Shown one piece after another: positions 8,968 through 11,661 of a DNA stretch of 11,661 bases. Origin of the DNA: Deltaproteobacteria bacterium TL4 (GTDB lineage Bacteria; SAR324; NAC60-12); NCBI GenBank assembly GCA_051382335.1, contig JBBCAX010000356.1, positions 1-11,661 of the forward strand, read 5' to 3'. The notes under the pieces were generated by a model. It saw nothing but the letters and a program-made list of their open reading frames with translations, ran no database searches and had not been told where the DNA came from. Numbering within the stretch: the stretch's first letter is position 1; every line of letters begins with the position of its first letter. The translations under genes and the position numbers were made by a program.

Positions 8968-9570
8968 ATGGAACTCCCTGCCTCTCTGGAAAGATTAATC
9001 CAGGAATTTGCTCGCCTACCAGGAATCGGTCGAAAAACGGCTCAACGGCTTGCTTTCGGTGTTCTTCGGTATAATGATGAAGAAGCGTCTCACCTTGCAG
9101 AAGCCGTTTTAGGTGTAAAAAAACATATTCACTATTGTCAGATCTGTTATGGCTTTACCGATGTTGACCCCTGTCGCATTTGTCAAAACAGAACCCGCCA
9201 GCAAGAGGTTATTTGTATTGTAGAGCAACCGAATAATATTTTTTCTATTGAAAAAAGCCAAATATTTAAAGGTCTCTACCACGTTCTGATGGGATCCATT
9301 TCTCCGATGGATGGTGTGGGTCCAGATCAATTGAGAATACGAGAATTGAGAGAGAGGGTCTCTCAGGGAAAGATCCAAGAACTCATTATCGCGACCAATC
9401 CCACGGTACCTGGGGAAGCAACTGCCTTATTCCTGCAACATGAGTTCGAACGCTTTGTTCCTAAAATTTCACGACTAGCCAGGGGGTTACCTGCGGGTGG
9501 GGACTTGGAATACACTGACGATGTTACCATGGTTCAAGCTTTCTCAGGACGGGTACTCGTTCGCTCTTGA
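8968..9570 (+). CDS. recR: Recombination mediator RecR
   Basis: HhH motif LPGIGRKTAQRLA, C4 zinc finger CQIC...CRIC, Toprim elements ICIVE, YHVLMGSISPMDGVGP and ELIIATNPT, and C-terminal SRLARGLPAGGDLEYTD. Confidence 0.97.
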   Translation: MELPASLERLIQEFARLPGIGRKTAQRLAFGVLRYNDEEASHLAEAVLGVKKHIHYCQICYGFTDVDPCRICQNRTRQQEVICIVEQPNNIFSIEKSQIFKGLYHVLMGSISPMDGVGPDQLRIRELRERVSQGKIQELIIATNPTVPGEATALFLQHEFERFVPKISRLARGLPAGGDLEYTDDVTMVQAFSGRVLVRS

Positions 9571-9626
9571 GAATTCTGCGTTAAAATTGAGGTCGCTCAG
9601 GATGTTTGAAGCAAATTTCATAAGCC

Positions 9627-10370
9627 TTATAAGACTTTTCTTTTTTCTCCGTGACGATCGACCCACATTGGAGTTTCCAAGGGGTCTTCCTGCTGCACTT
9701 TGGACTCAGGGATAAACAAGGTGATTCCCGCGCCTTTGAGTTGCTCTATTTGAGGTTGTACCTCATAAAATTGCTTATAGCTGGGAATCACGCAGAGAAC
9801 CCGGATCAAGGTTCCTTCTTCGTAATGAAAGCGGTAAAGGTGTTCGTTCCTGGCCTGGTATAAAAAATAAAATAAAAGATCCCGACTGATTTGCTCAAAG
9901 CTTCGCCAATAGTGGATGAAGTAAAGTCGTTTTTCACCATCCGGGAATTGAATGGTTGCCAGGCCTTCAGGCTTTAATTGTTGGGATTCATGTTCAAAAC
10001 GGGTAATCAGAGGCCGTCTTCCAAAATTTCCACCTCCAATCCATTGGATCAAGTTTAGATTACGATAATGGCTGAGTTCTTTTTCTATTCCAAACCGTAA
10101 TTGATTCACCGTACAAATGCGTTGTGCCAGTTGTTCCGTAAAGCTGTATTGAGGGTGATGTTGAATTCCCAGTGTCTGGAACCCTAGTGCCGTGAGGGAG
10201 AAACATTCGAAGCCTTGGAATACATGTCGATGGATGAGTTTCGCCCTTTCCGCCTGTGTGCGCATGTCCTTAATGGCTTTGAGGGAATCTTGAGGAAAGA
10301 GACGTTTGAGTAAACTGTAGTTCACTAGAGTATAATGATTTAAAACTTGTAAAAAATGCTTGCGTTCCAT
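9627..10370 (-). CDS. Replication-relaxation (Replic_Relax/MOB-C-like) family protein, apparently catalytically degenerate
   Basis: 247 aa. The N-terminal winged-helix-like part ends in 'FSLTALG'. It is followed by 'ICTVNQLR', 'LIQW', 'LKPEG', 'RLYFIHYWRS', 'RVLCVIPS' and C-terminal 'DPLETPMW', the order and spacing I recognise for this family. No clear SD. Assignment is by pattern recognition only. Confidence 0.65.
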   Translation of the reverse strand: MERKHFLQVLNHYTLVNYSLLKRLFPQDSLKAIKDMRTQAERAKLIHRHVFQGFECFSLTALGFQTLGIQHHPQYSFTEQLAQRICTVNQLRFGIEKELSHYRNLNLIQWIGGGNFGRRPLITRFEHESQQLKPEGLATIQFPDGEKRLYFIHYWRSFEQISRDLLFYFLYQARNEHLYRFHYEEGTLIRVLCVIPSYKQFYEVQPQIEQLKGAGITLFIPESKVQQEDPLETPMWVDRHGEKRKVL

Positions 10371-10840
10371 GGCAAATTATGATTAATACTCATACAAGGT
10401 CTATTTTCATAGGCTTGTGTTCTCTATTGTTTTTCCTGTGCGAATAGTCTCATCGCATCAATGTACATCAGATCGACGTTATTTCAGAACACTTGCACCA
10501 AGGGTACTGTAAGAACGTTTTTGTGCATATCATTCAGACCTAATCCAGTTTACCTGAATTTGGTTATTACGGAGGATGACCAAAGTTCCACTCGTGGACC
10601 ATTCATTCTCAATAAAGGCCGTGTTGTTCCAACACGCTCATTGGTTGAGACATTCTTTAATGGTCGTTGAGCTCGTTCCATTGGGAAACTCCAGATTAAT
10701 AAAGATTGCGGACTGCGGGGAGGCAGCCGGGATCTTCATTAGTCTGGAGTTTCCCGGAGTCTTGGGAAAAATAGTTATTGTAAGTTATTCCTTTAAAAAT
10801 GCAAATCGGTTTTTAAAGAGTTGTCGTCGTTTAGGTCAGT

Positions 10841-10880
10841 GGGAGTAAGCAATCCCTAAATTGCTTACTCCTTTGTTCTT
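10841..10880 (+). terminator. Intrinsic-terminator-like hairpin
   Basis: Perfect 12-bp stem GGAGTAAGCAAT (10842-10853) / ATTGCTTACTCC (10860-10871) with a 6-nt loop, followed by TTTGTTCTT. Confidence 0.55.
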
Positions 10881-11254
10881 GCTCAGATCGCCAACCCGCG
10901 TCCCTTCTTCTCTTCGGCATTTCCCCCAAAAACCTTTAGTAATATTTTACGCTGTGGCAAGAATTCCATGTTACTTCCTGTTTCAGACTACTTTTCGGTC
11001 TTTCTAAAGGGGCTCAAAAAATGGATTTTAAAGAGGAGTTCACTCTAAATGAATCAAAATAGTCACTCGATCGATTCAATCCCGATAATTCGGTGGTGTC
11101 CCAGATTGACTTTCAATAATTGTATGATGATATCAATCGTTAAATAAAATAACGAAACATAGCATGTCGGCTATTGAAAACACCTTATTGAGGAACAATA
11201 AGGTCTTGCAGTCCTGCTTCAGACATATAGCCCAATACCCGTGAATGAAATCAT

Positions 11255-11319
11255 GTTCGTAGTTCCGCCTTTAGGCGGTAAGCCTTGCAGAAAAGCCGCC
11301 TAAAGGCGGAACTACGAAC
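11255..11319. repeat. REP doublet (REPIN) of the GTAG type
   Basis: Perfect 24-bp inverted repeat GTTCGTAGTTCCGCCTTTAGGCGG (11255-11278) / CCGCCTAAAGGCGGAACTACGAAC (11296-11319). Each arm has GTAG followed by the internal palindrome CCGCC-N4-GGCGG. Confidence 0.85.
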
Positions 11320-11342
11320 TTTTCTCAATGACTTCAGAAAAA

Positions 11343-11511
11343 GGCTACCCACTTAAGCCGGGACAAATTCTAGTTCCCAAGCTCCAGCTTGGGAACTCAA
11401 CAACACGGAAGCTCTGCTTCCTTGAACTGAAGCTGGAGCTTCGGTTGGAGCATTCCCAAGCTGGAGCTTGGGAACGAGTTGGAATAGCTGTCCCGCCTTA
11501 AGTGTGTAGCC
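11343..11511. mobile_element. MITE-like element with 23-bp terminal inverted repeats
   Basis: GGCTACCCACTTAAGCCGGGACA (11343-11365) versus TGTCCCGCCTTAAGTGTGTAGCC (11489-11511): 21 of 23 positions complementary. No coding capacity and no obvious target-site duplication. Confidence 0.7.
11370..11478. repeat. Four-palindrome REP-like cluster (GTTCCCAAGCTCCAGCTTGGGAAC family) inside the MITE-like element
   Basis: Outer inverted copies CTAGTTCCCAAGCTCCAGCTTGGGAAC (11370-11396) and ATTCCCAAGCTGGAGCTTGGGAACGAG (11452-11478). Inner palindromes GGAAGC-TCT-GCTTCC (11407-11421) and CTGAAGCT-GG-AGCTTCGG (11427-11444). Confidence 0.85.
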
Positions 11512-11661
11512 GGAATCAATGATTGAATCCATTTTTAAACTACTGATAATACTCGACTTTGAACAATTTGCTCAATATTACTCCTGAATAAAATCAGAGA
11601 CTTATAAAGTCGTATTAGAATTAATGATAGGTTTGGCCTGAAAAACGGGAAATAATAACCT

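Larger units (their letters stand above)
10392..11661 (+). ncRNA. Candidate large structured non-coding RNA (or ssDNA-folding element); boundaries uncertain and may extend past the window
   Basis: No credible ORF over about 1.3 kb. More than a dozen helices found by eye, e.g. 10392-10420, 10461-10528, 10556-10588, 10591-10671, 10683-10755, 10791-10818, 10842-10871, 10933-11010, 11111-11179, 11182-11204 and 11547-11617. Non-Watson-Crick pairs are mostly G-U on the + strand. Confidence 0.6.

Noticed and set aside
791..9863. Short overlapping ORFs in the track (e.g. 791-1027, 4860-5243, 6643-6972, 7547-7834, 8377-8691, 9109-9378, 9651-9863)
   Set aside because: Antisense or alternate-frame shadows of well-supported genes, with no independent motifs.
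10306..10336. + strand promoter for the candidate RNA (TTGAGT at 10306-10311, TATAAT at 10331-10336)
   Set aside because: The spacer is 19 bp and the site lies inside AT-rich coding sequence. Plausible, but not supportable without transcription start data.
10438..10442. GTGCG as a group II intron 5' end
   Set aside because: No domain V signature or reverse transcriptase ORF on either strand within the window, and a 5-mer is expected by chance. Only sequence beyond the edge could revive this.
10705..10735. SRP RNA (ffs often lies near recR), suggested by GGAGGCAGC
   Set aside because: The conserved CAGG-NCC-GNAA-GG-N-AGCAG domain IV pattern is absent.
10461..10848. ORFs 10461-10670 (69 aa) and 10576-10848 (90 aa)
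   Set aside because: No recognisable motifs, they overlap each other, and they lie across strong hairpins. The 90-aa ORF has a GGAGG immediately adjacent to its ATG, too close for a normal SD, and the ATG is in a stem. A small peptide is not fully excluded.
11255..11511. CRISPR array
   Set aside because: The repeats are inverted palindromes of different families, not direct repeats with unique spacers, and there are no cas genes.
10468..11600. Recurring TCAGA (box-D-like CTGA on the minus strand) as a TIGR or C/D-type array
   Set aside because: Spacing is irregular, there are no periodic matching box C motifs, and no Nop-domain gene is present.

Overview
Low-GC bacterial chromosomal window. 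The gene style suggests a deltaproteobacterial/SAR324-like organism, which is inference only. At the left edge is the 5' part of an IS5-like (HTH_Tnp_4) transposase on the minus strand, missing from the ORF track, with a candidate IS end and a hairpin that sequesters its Shine-Dalgarno (SD) site. The middle holds ordinary genes: a DUF2254-like membrane protein with a PilZN/YcgR-like tail, two aldehyde dehydrogenases flanking a TerB-like gene, a PQQ-dependent glucose/sorbosone dehydrogenase, a small Cys/His protein and a stand-alone recR. The right end is the unusual part. A Replic_Relax/MOB-C-like gene that appears to have lost its catalytic residues lies head-to-head with about 1.3 kb lacking any credible ORF. 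That stretch is densely packed with stem-loops whose G-U wobbles favour the + strand, and it carries a REP doublet plus a MITE-like element filled with REPs. It is a candidate large structured ncRNA (or ssDNA structure) paired with a dead nuclease. All folds were read by eye; no searches were run.
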